A DNA stretch of 64,000 bases, taken from the NCBI GenBank assembly GCA_963848295.1, contig CAWKDB010000010.1, positions 3,808,001 through 3,872,000 of the forward strand, in the 5' to 3' direction. Positions 34,461-45,041 of this stretch are shown piece after piece. This DNA is from an uncultured delta proteobacterium (GTDB lineage Bacteria > Myxococcota_A > Polyangia > Haliangiales > Haliangiaceae). Position numbers and translations under genes: made by a program. The notes under the pieces were generated by a model, which did no database searches, was not told where the DNA came from, and saw only the letters and a list, made by a program, of their open reading frames with translations. The first letter of the stretch is position 1; each line of letters starts with the position of its first letter.

Positions 34461-35656
34461 CACTTCACCAGCACCGCCGCGCGCTCGGCGCGATCGGTCA
34501 GCGACGTCACGAACCGACCCTTGCCGGGCACGTCGAGCAACACCACGTCGCCGAACCGAGGGAAGTGAACGTCGAGCGCGCGCAGGCCATCGACCGAGCG
34601 CGCGTCCTTCTCGAACTGCTGCTTGGTCAGCGGCTTGCCCTCGATGAACACCTCCGACAGGAACTCGAGCGGTGCGATCCAGCTCGCGCCGTCGCGCTGC
34701 ATCTTGTCGCGGGTCGCGCCGGGGAGGTTGTCCGAGCGCCGGACGACGGTGTCCCAATCGCGCTTGCCGAGTGCCGCGACGACGTCGAGGTCGAAGCGCT
34801 CGGCCGGGAACACGATCACGATCGTGCCATCGACCTCTTTGACCGCGATCGGCGGGCCCTTGGGCTCGGGCTTCGCGGCGGGAGCCGGCGTGGCCTTCGC
34901 CGCAGGAGCCGCGGTGGGCTTCGCGACCGCGGCGGGAGCCGGCGGTGGCGTCTTGGCGAGGGGGGCGCCCGGGATCATCGACAGCTTGTCGACCGCGGCG
35001 AGCTGCTGCTCGAGCTGAGCCGACTTGCGCAGGTCCCACGTGCCATCGGCTTCGAGCATGTCGACGACGAACAGCTCGCCCCGGCGCTCGAACGACACGC
35101 CGGTCAGCAAGCTCAGGATCTGCTGCTCGTCCATCTCGTCGAGCCGCTTCTCGTACGCGAGCAGCTTCGCTTCGAACTCCTTCTGCGACAACGGCGTCTG
35201 GCGGCGCTTGCCGTCGATATCGACCTGCGGATCGAGCACGTACGGGAGCAGCGCGATGCCGCGCAGGTCGCGCGCCGATCGCGTCACGATCACCGCATCG
35301 CCCCAGCTGCCGAGCACGAACAGCCGGCCGAGCCGGAGGGGCAGCGCCGCGCAGATCGCGATCAGTTGCTCCTTCGCGGGCCGGAGATCCGTGTTGATCA
35401 GCGGATCGACGGTCGGATCGGCGCGCGGGGTGACGACCTTGTCGTCGATGATCATCAGCCGGCGCTCGCCGCGATGGCGGAACGGCATCGACGGCGACAG
35501 CTCCATCTCGGCGCGCGGATCGAGTCGGTCGACGTCGAGCAGCTGCTTGGTCTCGAGCGCGTCCTGGCCGCCGAGCCCGTCGATCAGCGTCTTCTGATCG
35601 ATGGCCGCATTGGCGTTGAAGATGAGGTCGATGACGAGGCTATCGAGCTGCAGCAT
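34460..35656 (-). CDS. Hypothetical protein with Pro/Ala linker
   Basis: 398-aa ORF coupled to its neighbours, protein-like composition. Confidence 0.7.
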   Translation of the reverse strand: MLQLDSLVIDLIFNANAAIDQKTLIDGLGGQDALETKQLLDVDRLDPRAEMELSPSMPFRHRGERRLMIIDDKVVTPRADPTVDPLINTDLRPAKEQLIAICAALPLRLGRLFVLGSWGDAVIVTRSARDLRGIALLPYVLDPQVDIDGKRRQTPLSQKEFEAKLLAYEKRLDEMDEQQILSLLTGVSFERRGELFVVDMLEADGTWDLRKSAQLEQQLAAVDKLSMIPGAPLAKTPPPAPAAVAKPTAAPAAKATPAPAAKPEPKGPPIAVKEVDGTIVIVFPAERFDLDVVAALGKRDWDTVVRRSDNLPGATRDKMQRDGASWIAPLEFLSEVFIEGKPLTKQQFEKDARSVDGLRALDVHFPRFGDVVLLDVPGKGRFVTSLTDRAERAAVLVK

Positions 35657-35677
35657 GTTCGCGGTCCTCGCGCTTAT

Positions 35678-38175
35678 CTATAGATACCCGCTGCGCTGGC
35701 GCAAGAGCCACTCCAGCCCCAAAAGGCCGATCACGAGCACGAGCAGCCCGGGCCGGCTCCACAGCTCGACGTCGGTCCGGCGGTCGACGCGGACGATCCG
35801 CGGGGGATCGAAGGCCAGATCTGAAGGCAGCTCGTCGATCGCGCCGAGCGCGGTCCCGCCGGTCGCCTGCGCGATGGCCTCGAGGTTCGCCGGGTCGCCG
35901 ACCGGGCGATCCAGCTCGGTGCCGCCGTCGCGCACGAGAAAGATGTCGCTGGCGTCGACCTGGTGGCCCGCGATCAGCGCGTGGCCCTGGACCCGATACA
36001 CGCCGGGCTGCAGCGCGCCGAGCTCGTAGACCGAGGTGCCGTCGTCGCCCACCGTGACCACGCCGGTCTGGACTTGCTCGGCGCGCGCGGGATCGGCTCC
36101 GCGCTTGACCACCAGCGACACGACGCCGTGGGCGAGCGGTTGATAATCGCGGCCGAGCAAGCGCACCGCGACCCGCACGGGAGCACCCGGCACGTACTCG
36201 ACCGCATCGCTATCGACGTGGAGATTGCGCAGATCCGGATCCTGGATCAGCCAGCGCATCGCGTTCTCCCAGAACTTCGTGTACTGGCGGCCGTCGTCAC
36301 CCGGACGCGCCGCCGCGACGAACCCGTAGCGCCACAGCGAGTCGGTCGTGATCGCGAGCGACCGCCCCTTACCGTAGTCGCCGACCGATGATCACCGGCA
36401 TCGGCTTGCCGCTCTTCGTACGCAGGCGAGGGTCGACCGCGAGCACCGTCGCGTCGGGCTTCGCGCCCGCGACGAGGTTCACGCCTTCGAGCGGCGGCAG
36501 CGCGCGCCAGGCAGCGACGTTGTCTTCGGGCGCATAGCGCAGCGCGGTCACCGGATGGACCTGACCGGCGTCGGTGAGCTGCGGCGAGAACTTCTGCGTA
36601 TCGAGGATCGAGCCGGGATCCGCCTGCGGGTACAGCTCGACCGGAAGCGCAGCCGCGACCGGCGTGCCGTAATAGCCGCCCGAAGTGAACGAGGTCGTGC
36701 CCCCGAGCATCGCGAGCCCCCCGCCACCTTCGACGTAGCTGCGAATGTTCTCGAGGTAGGCGCCGATGCCGTAGGGCAGGTACTCGAAGTCCTGCAGGAT
36801 GATGAGATCGAACGACGGCAGCTGTTGCTCGAACAGCTCGTGAGTCGGAAACGGGATCAGCGACATCTCGTCGTTCGGCACCAGCGACACGTCGTCTTGC
36901 GTGCGCAAGATGAAGAACGAGATCAGATCGACGTTCGGGTTGCTCTTCAGCATCTGGCGCAGCGCGCGCACGTCCCACGACGGCGCGCCGGCGACCTGCA
37001 GCACGCGAATCTTGTCGCGGATCACGCGGATCACGAAGCTGCGCGTGTTGTTCGTCGTGACCGCTTCACCCGGCGCGACCGGCACCGAGATCTCGTAGAC
37101 GTAGCGGCCGACGCGCGGCGGAGTGACCTCGAACGTGACCGCGACGTCGTGCGCGCCGGCCGGCATGTCGACGAGCTTTTGGCGAAGCGGTTGACCATCG
37201 GTCGACAGCGTGACCGGGATCTGGCGCGCGGGCAGGCCGGTCGTGCGGATCACCGCCTCGATCCGGACGACCGTGCGCACGAACGCGAACTCGTCGGCCA
37301 TGACCTTCGCGACCGCGACATCGCGCAAGCCGTCGCGTGCCGCCCACACCGTGTGGACCTTGGTGTCGAGCGAGCTGCAAGAAGTCGCGCACCGCACCGT
37401 CGCCGGAGTCTTCGTCGAAGCTGCCGGTCGCCGCGCCGTCCGAGATCAACACGATGCCGGCGAGGTCATGGCCTTCGTAGCGCGCGCGCACGTTCTCGAG
37501 AGCTTTGCGGATCAGCGTCGACTTGCCCTTCGCCGGGTCGGACGCGAGCGCTTGCGGCGTCGTCGCGACGATCGTGTCGCTGAACGTGTAGTAGTCGATC
37601 TTGTGCTCGGTCTCCCACGCGGCGAGCGTGCCGTGAGAATCCGCGATCAATCGGCGCGCGCGTTCGATCCGCGTCGGGCCGGCGCTGTCCTCGGCGAGCG
37701 CCATCGACCCCGAGTCATCGATCAGCACCGCGATCCGATTCGGCTCGCGCGCGACCTGGCGGAGCTCGACCGCCGGCTCGAGAAACACGACGAGCGCGAC
37801 GACCGCGGCACCGGCGCGCAACCCGATCATCAAGGCGCGTCGCCACGCCGGAGCGTTGCGCGACGCCCGCCATGCGAGCCCGACGATGGCGATCACGGCG
37901 AGCCCGCCGAGCGCGAGCCCGACTCGCCCCCACGGCGACAGGAACACCCAGCGGTAGTCGTTGAACTCCGACGCGCCGGGCGCGGCCAACCGCACGGTCA
38001 GTGCGACGAGCCCTTCACCGCCGACCGCACCGCCGGCGAGCAACGCCGCCACGCCGAGCGCCGCACCGAGCCGGCCGCGACCCGCCCGGACGACGAGCAC
38101 GGTGAGCAGCGCGAGCGCGGCCGCGGCGCCGAGCAAGCCGTAGCGGACGAGCGGCGAAAACAGCGAGATGTTCAT
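35678..38175 (-). CDS. Membrane vWA + glutamine-amidotransferase-like protein (two apparent frameshifts, ~37375 and ~36386)
   Basis: DDSGSM and LISDG (vWA); YVEGGGGLAMLGG; ORFs 37066..38175, 36369..37397 and 35678..36259 join with +1 shifts. Confidence 0.75.
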
Positions 38176-38995
38176 CGCTTCGGCGTCAGCGCTGGAGGGA
38201 TCACGATCGCCGGCTGTTGCGCCCCGTCATCCGGCTTCCACCGGCGTCGCTTCATGATGAACGGCACGTGGACCTGATCCGACTTGTAGTCGAGACACAG
38301 CGCGTACATCACGAGATTGACGCCCATGCGAAACGCGAGCTCGCGCTGGCGTTCGCCGCCGGGCTCGCACGGGAAGTCGTAGTTGCCGAAGTCGTCGCGA
38401 GCCCACGCGCCGCCGAGATCGTTCGCGATGTAGGCGCACACGAGCCGGCCGTCGCGTACGACGCCTTCCATCGCGGGCGCGATCGCGAGCCGGCCGAGCG
38501 GCTTGTCGAGCAGGTAGAAGCTCTTGAACACGACGTGGTCGGTCGGAATGATCTCGAGCGCCTTATCGGGTGGCGGGAAGATCTCCGCGATCAGCTTGCG
38601 CACCGAGCCGTCGAACGCGCCGTCGGTCGTGCCCTCCGCGTTATCGACGAGCAAGAACCCGCCGAAGGTCAAGAATCGGCGCAGCGCCTCGATCCCCGCG
38701 GTGGTCGGTAGATCGAGCTCGCGCTCGCCCGCGAGATAGAGGAACGGCGTCTCGTGCAGCGCGTCGGACAGTCGGCGTGACGGTCACCGGCTCGAGCTCG
38801 ACATCGACCGACGGTACGCTTTTCGATCTCCCAGGCCATGCGACGCAGCGCGGTCGGGCGCGGGTTCCACGTCGTGCCCGTGCCCAGCTGGAGCTGGCCG
38901 AACCGGAACTTCGAGCCCGGGCCGATCGCGCGCGCGAGCTTCGAATACGCCAACCCCGCGGCGATGCCGGCGAGGAGGTGGCGGCGCGTGATCAT
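38172..38995 (-). CDS. DUF4159-domain protein (two apparent frameshifts, ~38812 and ~38770)
   Basis: Twin-Arg-like MITRRHLL; PFLYLAG, GGFLLVD, AFRMGVNLVMYALCLDYKSDQVH. Confidence 0.8.
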
Positions 38996-39050
38996 CCTGG
39001 GCAGCCTAGCACCACCTCCTCGATGGCACCGGCGTGTTAGCGTCTCCGCG

Positions 39051-39770
39051 ATGCGGTTCGTCCTCGCGCTAGCGCTGCTCGCAATCCCAGTCGGTGCAGG
39101 CGCAGACTCAGGGCCGATCGCCCCGGCGAAGGACGACGGCACGCCGCCTGCCGCGACGCCACCGGCGCCCCGAGAGGAGCCACCCACGACCGGACCGGCG
39201 TTCCCGTCGCGGCTACCTCCCGAGCGCTACAGCCACCGCCACCAGCTCGGGCTGTCGCTGCGCTTGCCGATCGGCCTGCGGGCGATCGTCACGTACAAGG
39301 ACACCGACTACTGCGGCGCGACCTCGGACACCGGCGCGGGGTACGCGACGGCCTGCCTCGATCTCGCGCCGATTCCGCTCGACCTCGAGGTCTCGTACGG
39401 CGTCGCCGACTCGGTCGAGCTGTTGGTCGAGACTCGGTTCGGCATCACGCGCGACTTCCCGTCGAAGCCGAGCCTCGATGATGGGCCGCGCGAGGTCCAG
39501 CTCGCGCCTGGTGCCCGGTTCTTCTTCAGCGAGTCCGGGCGCAGCAAGTTGTTCCTGACGACGCAGCTCGTCCTCGACTTCACGGACTACAAAGACGAAG
39601 CCGGCGCGTCTCGCGGCACCGAAATCGGCGGGCGCAGCATCCAAGGCTGGTGGCTCGACCTCCATCACGCGTACGGGTTCTACGTGTTCGTCGGCGAGAC
39701 CGCGATCTTCGGCCCATGGATCGACATCGACCTCGAGGCGGGGATCGGGATCCAGGGCCGCTATCCTTGA
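39051..39770 (+). CDS. Secreted/outer-membrane beta-barrel-like hypothetical protein
   Basis: Signal peptide; amphipathic strands; C-terminus GIGIQGRYP. Confidence 0.65.
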   Translation: MRFVLALALLAIPVGAGADSGPIAPAKDDGTPPAATPPAPREEPPTTGPAFPSRLPPERYSHRHQLGLSLRLPIGLRAIVTYKDTDYCGATSDTGAGYATACLDLAPIPLDLEVSYGVADSVELLVETRFGITRDFPSKPSLDDGPREVQLAPGARFFFSESGRSKLFLTTQLVLDFTDYKDEAGASRGTEIGGRSIQGWWLDLHHAYGFYVFVGETAIFGPWIDIDLEAGIGIQGRYP

Positions 39771-40546
39771 GCGCTGATCGAACCGGCGCTGCGGGTCCCG
39801 GGCAAGCCGAGACCGTCGTGGCCGACTTCTCGGCGCTCGCCGCACGCTACGCTTCGTTTCGCCCGCACTATCCGGCCGCGTTGGCCGGCGCGCTCGCCGA
39901 GCGCTGTACCCGTCGCGACCTCGCGGTCGATCTCGGGTGCGGCAGCGGGCAGCTCACGATCGATCTCGCGCCCCACTTCGAGCGCGTGATCGGGGTCGAT
40001 CCGTCGCAGGCCCTGCTCGCGATCGCGCCGCCGGTAGCCGGCGTCGAGTACGTCTGTGCCTCCGCCGAAGCGACCGGCTTGCCCGCCGCGAGCGCGGATC
40101 TCGTCGTCGCGGCACAGGCCGCTCATTGGTTCGACTGGCCGCGGTTCGTCGCCGAGGTCGCGCGCATCGCTCGCCCCGGCGCGCTCGTCGCGCTCGTCAG
40201 CTACGGCGTGCAACGGCTCGACGGCGACGCGATGGTCGCGATGGACCATTACCGCGCGGCGGTCGCGCCTTATTGGCCGGCGGGGCGAGAGCATGTCGAG
40301 AACGGCTATCGCGACCTCCTGCTGCCATGGCCCGCCGTCGAGGCGCCCGCGAGAGAGATGGTCGAGGCTTGGACGCGTGACGAGCTCGTGGGCTATGTCT
40401 CGAGTTGGTCGGCGACCCATCGCATGGTCCAACGCGTCGGCTCGGCCGCGTTCGATGCGTTCGTCGCCGAGCTCGCCGTGACATGGCCCGGCGACGAGCG
40501 CCGGCCGGTGCGCTGGCCGCTCGCGATCAAGCTCGCGCGGCGCTGA
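39767..40546 (+). CDS. Class I SAM-dependent methyltransferase
   Basis: YASFRPHYP, DLGCGSGQ, AQAAHWFD; start uncertain. Confidence 0.88.
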   Translation: MSADRTGAAGPGQAETVVADFSALAARYASFRPHYPAALAGALAERCTRRDLAVDLGCGSGQLTIDLAPHFERVIGVDPSQALLAIAPPVAGVEYVCASAEATGLPAASADLVVAAQAAHWFDWPRFVAEVARIARPGALVALVSYGVQRLDGDAMVAMDHYRAAVAPYWPAGREHVENGYRDLLLPWPAVEAPAREMVEAWTRDELVGYVSSWSATHRMVQRVGSAAFDAFVAELAVTWPGDERRPVRWPLAIKLARR

Positions 40547-40548
40547 GA

Positions 40549-42324
40549 TCAGTTCTTCGCGGTGGTCGGCGGGTCCGGTGCGTCGTTCTCCGGCGCTTCG
40601 GGGTCGCCGTCGACCCACACCTTGGTCTTGCGGCCGGCCATCCGGCCGAACAGCTCGACGAACAGGCCGTCGATGTGCGGCCACTCGAGGTACATGTTCA
40701 TGTTCTCTTCGAGCAGGCGCGCCATGTCGCTCGCCTTCTTGAGATTCTCGCGATCGCTGTCGGAGAGATCGGCGTCGGGCAGCTCCTCGCCGAGCACGGC
40801 GCTCCGCACGAACTGCGGGGTCAGCGCGCGGACCTGGTCGCGCTGCGCGAGTAGAGCGTCGAGCTTTTCGGCGCGGGCAGGCGTCACCGCGACCGCGGCG
40901 TGGCAGGTCGGCCCTGGATCCTGGCCATCGCTGCCGCCGACGCCCTCATACGTCGGCTTGGCGCGGCGCCGTGCGTCGGTGTAGAGCGCGCCGTGCAGCG
41001 GCACGAGATCGCCGCGGTGCGCGTACTCCTTGCGCTTCGCGTTCCAGTTGCAGTCGGCCGAGGTCCAGCTGCCGTCGTCGCCGTGGACGAGCTTGTTGCC
41101 GTCCTGGTCGTACATCAGGTCGAGGCCGTACGAGCTCACCGCGTAGATCCGTTCGCCGTCGAGCGCGTACATGTCGAGGGTCTGCAGCTCGCTGTTCACG
41201 GTGCCGCGATGGCTCGTGTGCTTGATCTCGCCGGGGCGCGCGGTGATGTCGAGCATGAAGCCTTCGCCGCCGTCGACCGCCCAATCGGTGTCGTGCCACT
41301 GCGACGGTGTCTCGGTCCAGGTCGTCGCGAGCAGCTCGCCGTGGTCGTCGAAGTGCTTCCACTTGCCGGTGACCTTGCCGTTCGCCGCGAACTTGCCGAT
41401 CGCGATCGGCGTCTTGTCGGGCGTGTCGTAATAGAAGTGCCACAGGCCGTAGCGATTGCCGTGCGAGAACCGGCCCTCTGCGGCGAGCGCGCCGCTCGGG
41501 TGAAACAGCTGCCATGGACCATCGGCGACGTTGTCGACGTACGGGCCCTGGCCGAACGTCTTGCCGTCGTCGTAGAGCGCGGTCCACATGCCGGCGCCGT
41601 GTTTCATCGTGCCCCGGCCGACGATCTGCTCGGCGGTCTTGTCGTTACCAGGCGAGATCGCGACCCAGTCGCCCTCCATCTTGCCGTGCTCGAAGACGCC
41701 GCGAGAGTTCAGCTTGTTGTACGGGCCGTCGGCGGGCTTGTACTTCGCGAGGTCCCACGTTCGCCACGTGTTGACCTCGGGCTCGGTGTACGCCGGCTGG
41801 ATGTGCGCGATCTCGTCGAGCGTGAACCCCGAGCCGGCGACCCAAGCGGCGACCTCGGGCATCGCCTTCGCGATGTCCTCGATGTAGTCGTAGCGATGCT
41901 GTTTCGCGATCCGCTGCGGCAGCTCGTGGTTCGTCGTCTGCTGGATCAGGTAGCCGACCGCGCAGATCGTGCCTTCGTCGTCGATGAACACCGGCGTGCG
42001 CCACGGTACGTGCTCGTTTTTCGGCGTCGTGAACTTCGCGATGTACGCGTCGAAGTCCGCGAGGATCTCGGCGCGCCGGGCTTGGAGCTCGGGCTTGGTC
42101 GCCGGTCGCGAAGCGAGCCAGTCGCGGACGAACTGCAGGTGCTGATGCATGCGATCGCGCTCGGTCGCGTGCACATCGACGTTGTGGCCGTACTTCGCGA
42201 TGAACGAGTCATCGCCGATATGATGGTTCGCGCCGACTCGAACGTGCGAGGTCGGTGGCGGCGGCACGGCGAATGCGGTCGAGGCGGCAAGCAGGAACGG
42301 GACTGCGAGCAGGGATTCGCGCAT
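40549..42324 (-). CDS. Secreted protein with MORN-variant (YwqK-like) repeats
   Basis: Signal peptide; repeats such as GPWQLFHPSGALAAEGRF and GLWHFYY. Confidence 0.7.
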   Translation of the reverse strand: MRESLLAVPFLLAASTAFAVPPPPTSHVRVGANHHIGDDSFIAKYGHNVDVHATERDRMHQHLQFVRDWLASRPATKPELQARRAEILADFDAYIAKFTTPKNEHVPWRTPVFIDDEGTICAVGYLIQQTTNHELPQRIAKQHRYDYIEDIAKAMPEVAAWVAGSGFTLDEIAHIQPAYTEPEVNTWRTWDLAKYKPADGPYNKLNSRGVFEHGKMEGDWVAISPGNDKTAEQIVGRGTMKHGAGMWTALYDDGKTFGQGPYVDNVADGPWQLFHPSGALAAEGRFSHGNRYGLWHFYYDTPDKTPIAIGKFAANGKVTGKWKHFDDHGELLATTWTETPSQWHDTDWAVDGGEGFMLDITARPGEIKHTSHRGTVNSELQTLDMYALDGERIYAVSSYGLDLMYDQDGNKLVHGDDGSWTSADCNWNAKRKEYAHRGDLVPLHGALYTDARRRAKPTYEGVGGSDGQDPGPTCHAAVAVTPARAEKLDALLAQRDQVRALTPQFVRSAVLGEELPDADLSDSDRENLKKASDMARLLEENMNMYLEWPHIDGLFVELFGRMAGRKTKVWVDGDPEAPENDAPDPPTTAKN

Positions 42325-42406
42325 GTCCGAGGCAACGCGCGGTCGGAGCCTCCTATTCTCGGGCCGCGCGCCTACATGTCGGCCCCGAGGCGAGGCACGA
42401 TGGCGC

Positions 42407-42844
42407 GTGGCCGAGCCGAGATTTCTGCGCGCGCTGATCGTGCTCCTATGGATCGCGTTCGCGGTCGTGGTCGCGTATTGGGTCGTGTGGTTCTTCGTCG
42501 ACCGCAGCGCGCTCGCGAGTCTCGATACGCCGTCGTACTTCGCGTTCGAGAATTCGTTCCCGGTCGCCGACGGCTGGCTCGCGATCACGTGGGCGGCGTC
42601 GGCCGCGATGCTCGGCGCGCGCCGGCCGAGCGCGATGTTCTGGCTGCTCGTCGCGGGCAGCGCGAGCCTCTACCTCGGCTTCATGGACATCCTGTTCGAC
42701 CTCGAGAACGGCGTCTACGGCGCGCCCGACGCCGGCGCGGTCATCACCGAGATCGTCATCAACGTCAGCTCGCTCGCGATCGGCGCGTGGACCTTGTGGT
42801 TCGGTTGGTTTCACCGCCGATGGTTCATGCAGCTGCGCGCGTAG
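42407..42844 (+). CDS. Small 4-TM membrane protein
   Basis: Hydrophobic ORF, FENSFPVADGW. Confidence 0.65.
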   Translation: MAEPRFLRALIVLLWIAFAVVVAYWVVWFFVDRSALASLDTPSYFAFENSFPVADGWLAITWAASAAMLGARRPSAMFWLLVAGSASLYLGFMDILFDLENGVYGAPDAGAVITEIVINVSSLAIGAWTLWFGWFHRRWFMQLRA

Positions 42845-42871
42845 TCACGGTCGTTTGCTACATTGCGGCGA

Positions 42872-43693
42872 ATGTATCGCCTGCTCGCGCTCGATCTCGA
42901 CGGCACGTTGCTGCGCGACGACGGCCGCGTCGACGCCCGCGATCTCGCCGCGATCAGCGCGGTGCGAGCCGGCGGCGTGACCGTGACGATCGTGACCGGG
43001 CGCTTGCAATCGGGCGCGGCGGCCGCCGCCGAGGCGTGCGAGATCGCCGGTCCGATCGCGTGCGTCGAGGGCAGCCACCTCGTGAACCTGACGACCGGCG
43101 CGACGCTCGCCCACCATGCGATGTCGCCCGAGCTCACCGCGTTGCTGCGCTCCGCGTTCGGCGCGCACGGGCTCGCGAGCTTCGTGTTCGAGGCGGCGGC
43201 GATCCATCACGACCGCACCGGCGAGCCGTTCGCGAGCTACGTGCGCACGTGGTCGCCGAACCTGCGCGTCGTCGAAGAGGTGCTCGTTGAACACATATGG
43301 GCCGGCGGGCCGCTCGCCGCGGTCGCGATCGGAGATGCCGAGCCGGTGGCCGCAGTGCATGCCGTGCTACGCGCCCATGCGGCGCGCCTGTTCTCGGTCA
43401 GCTTTCCGGTCGGGGCCTGCCCGGGCAAGCACGCGGTCCTCGTTCGCGCCGCCGGACCGACGAAGGGCACCGCGCTCGCCGAGCTGTGTGCGACCGCCGG
43501 CTGCACCCTCGCCGAGGCCGTCGCGGTCGGCGATTGGGTCAACGACGTGCCGATGTTCGAGGTCGCCGGGAGGTCGTTCGTGATGGGCGACGCGCCCGAC
43601 GCGGTGCGCGCGACGGCGACCGACGTGCTCTCCCGGCCGGCTGGTTCCGGTGGCGGGATCGCCGAGGCGATCCGCCGCGCTTGGGATATATAG
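42872..43693 (+). CDS. Cof-type HAD hydrolase
   Basis: DLDGTLL, VTGR, TKG, GDWVNDVPM. Confidence 0.9.
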   Translation: MYRLLALDLDGTLLRDDGRVDARDLAAISAVRAGGVTVTIVTGRLQSGAAAAAEACEIAGPIACVEGSHLVNLTTGATLAHHAMSPELTALLRSAFGAHGLASFVFEAAAIHHDRTGEPFASYVRTWSPNLRVVEEVLVEHIWAGGPLAAVAIGDAEPVAAVHAVLRAHAARLFSVSFPVGACPGKHAVLVRAAGPTKGTALAELCATAGCTLAEAVAVGDWVNDVPMFEVAGRSFVMGDAPDAVRATATDVLSRPAGSGGGIAEAIRRAWDI

Positions 43694-43702
43694 TCGTCCG
43701 CC

Positions 43703-44899
43703 GTGCATCCGAACGAGCTGTTCGACGTGATCTTCAGGTGGGCTCACCTGATCGCCGGGATCATGTGGATCGGCAACTCGATGTTGTTCAACTGGATCGA
43801 TCGCAACCTCGAGAAGCACCATCAGTTGTCGCGGCTGTCCCAGGGCAAGCTGTTCATGGTCCACAGCGGCGCGTTCTACGACGTCGAGAAGAAGCTGCTC
43901 GAGCCGGGCGATTTGCCGGAGCCGCTGCACTGGTTCAAGTGGCAGAACTTCGCGACGTGGGCGACCGGGCTGTCGCTGCTCGTCGTCGTCTATTACATGC
44001 GCGGCGGCTTGGTGAACCCGTCGGTCTACGAGATGAACGATGGCGTCGCGGTCACGCTGTCGATCTCGTCGCTGCTGACCGGTTGGATCATCTACGACGT
44101 CCTGTGGCGCACGTTTGGCGAGAAGAACCCGCGGTTCGCGACGGCGCTGTCGGTCGCGATGTTGTTCGGCGCGATCTTCGGGTTCTGCAAGGTGTTCGAC
44201 GGGCGCGCCGCGTTCATCCAGGTCGGCGTGCTGATCGGCACGCTGATGACGGGCAACGTCTGGTTGTGCATCATGCCGTCGCAGCGCGCACTGGTCGCCG
44301 CGACGAAGTCCGGCAAGGAGCAAGATCCGACGCTGTCGCTGCGCGCGAAACAACGCAGCATCCACAACAACTATCTGACGTTCGGCCTGCTGTTCATCAT
44401 GGTGTCGAATCATTTTGGCGCCGCGATCACCGCGTACCTGAATTGGCTCGTGTTGATCATGGTGATCGTCGGCGGCGCGGGCGTCCGCTACTTCATGAAC
44501 ATGCGCTACCTCGGCGAAGGCGCGCAACGCGCGGTCGGCGCGTGGCTCGTGCCCGCGGCGATGTCGGGGGGCGTCGCGCTGGTCGGGCTGCTCGGCGTCA
44601 CGCAGATCGCGAAGCCCGGGGTCCACATCGACTATGCGGTCAACTTCGCACGCGCACAGGAGATCATCGTCAAGCGCTGTCAGCCCTGCCACAGCGCGCA
44701 CCCGACCGACGACGTGTTCAAGTCGGCGCCGAACGGCGTGATGATGGATACCGCGGCGGAGATCGTCCAGCTCGCTCCGAAGATCCGCGAGCGCGCGGTC
44801 GTCGGCACCATGATGCCGTACCTCAACAAGACGCACATCACCGACGTCGAGCGCGCCGAGCTCGGCGCCTGGATCGATGCGGGCGCGATCGTGAAATAG
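43703..44899 (+). CDS. puuD: Urate hydroxylase PuuD (membrane domain + cytochrome c)
   Basis: RWAHLIAGIMWIGNS, LHWFKW, AKQRSIHNNY, CQPCH heme motif. Confidence 0.88.
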   Translation: MHPNELFDVIFRWAHLIAGIMWIGNSMLFNWIDRNLEKHHQLSRLSQGKLFMVHSGAFYDVEKKLLEPGDLPEPLHWFKWQNFATWATGLSLLVVVYYMRGGLVNPSVYEMNDGVAVTLSISSLLTGWIIYDVLWRTFGEKNPRFATALSVAMLFGAIFGFCKVFDGRAAFIQVGVLIGTLMTGNVWLCIMPSQRALVAATKSGKEQDPTLSLRAKQRSIHNNYLTFGLLFIMVSNHFGAAITAYLNWLVLIMVIVGGAGVRYFMNMRYLGEGAQRAVGAWLVPAAMSGGVALVGLLGVTQIAKPGVHIDYAVNFARAQEIIVKRCQPCHSAHPTDDVFKSAPNGVMMDTAAEIVQLAPKIRERAVVGTMMPYLNKTHITDVERAELGAWIDAGAIVK

Positions 44900-45041
44900 T
44901 CAGAACGGAATCGACAACGCGAGCGCGCCTTCGAGCGCCCGAGCGCGAGGGCCGCGCTGATCGCGAGGGCCTTCATCGACACGGCCCCAGACAGCGCACG
45001 CGCGCTGCGGTTGCACGACTTCATGCGTATACTCGCGCGCG

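Noticed and set aside
44905..45010. GC-rich gcgagggcc repeats between puuD and allB
   Set aside because: Short and degenerate; no supportable REP or riboswitch.
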